Source of the DNA: Podarcis muralis
Taxonomy: Eukaryota
Direction: 5' to 3'
Length of the DNA: 64,000 nt
Assembly: GCF_964188315.1 (NCBI RefSeq)
Contig: NC_135660.1
Coordinates: 49,228,001-49,292,000, forward strand
Every line of letters starts with the position of its first letter. The first letter of the stretch is position 1. The position numbers were made by a program, and so were the translations under genes. This document shows, one piece after another, positions 63,443-64,000 of the stretch. The notes below the pieces were generated by a model. The model worked only from the letters and a program-made list of their open reading frames with translations, was not told the origin of the DNA and made no database searches.

Positions 63443-64000
63443 GTAAGCTAAACCTTTTCCTCTTTCCCACAAGGCTAGCAGAGTGAGGCATTGCTTTTAA
63501 TGAATCGGCACTGATACTTTCATTTCTGTCGCATGTTTTTGTTGCATGTTAATTTTTCTCTGTTCGGAGCATTTTAAGATTGACGGGTTTAAAGCATAGC
63601 AAAGAGTTTTTGTCTTTTAAAAGAAGCTTCAGAGTTTGGGAACTTTAGCATGGACAAAGTGATCTCTGTCATCATCAACAACTAACCCTTTGCCTTTTTC
63701 TTCTTCTTGGAGACACACAATATTCTTCAGTGCTTTGCTCCTCAAGGTTAGGTTAAGTAAGGCCATCACTTTCCTTCCATCAACGAAAAGTTGTCTTAGG
63801 GAAGACGAATGTTTGGGGGATTCCTCCCCTTGTAGAAAATCTCATGGTAGTACTTGTTCCCCTGTTCCCATAAATAATAAAGTTTGCTTTAACATCTGTG
63901 TGCTGGACCTAAGAAGAATCTGATATTGAACAGCAGATCCATTTGGTCTCTCCCATGTGTAATTGCAACTTCATTGCAACAAGAGGAGGGTTCTATCCCT

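Larger units (their letters stand above)
59500..64000 (+). promoter_or_regulatory. Putative proximal promoter / alternative first-exon region
   Basis: No recognisable TEs, CpG-retaining, G/C tracts flanking two gaps, several consensus donors (61089, 61613, 63367, 63443), CCAAT (about 62924) and TGACG half-CRE (about 62966). Confidence 0.55.

Noticed and set aside
1-64000. CRISPR arrays, rRNA, operons or other prokaryotic systems
   Set aside because: Sequence is vertebrate nuclear DNA; the repeats are microsatellites and TEs, with no repeat-spacer periodicity.

Overview
Vertebrate genomic DNA from a squamate, most likely a lacertid lizard: it carries a full-length Sauria SINE of the Podarcis/Lacerta type plus typical squamate MITEs and L2/CR1 tails. 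I can support no multi-codon exon of a known protein; the listed ORFs are short, repeat-derived or run through N gaps. By-eye sampling suggests a G>C and T>A skew on the + strand, so most of the window looks like a long intron of a + strand gene. It is filled with TA-flanked Tc1/mariner-pogo MITEs, hAT MITEs with 8-bp TSDs, L2/CR1/L1 fragments, SINEs and microsatellites. From about 52.7 kb to the end the sequence is AT-rich but keeps its CpGs, contains four assembly gaps, and has several splice-site-bounded non-coding exon candidates on both strands. One candidate ends in a bare ATG|gtaagc at 63440-63448, which looks like a proximal promoter and first exon. The host gene is not identified; CREB5 is an unverified guess from architecture only. 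The most notable observations are: a Penelope-type minimal hammerhead ribozyme inside a perfect 54-bp inverted repeat (19441-19570); a three-layer nested CR1/L1/L1 insertion (12555-13447); a divergent pair of CTCF-like motifs, both with upstream modules (about 40445-40725); a candidate antisense spliced transcript; and a recursive-splice-site-like motif.
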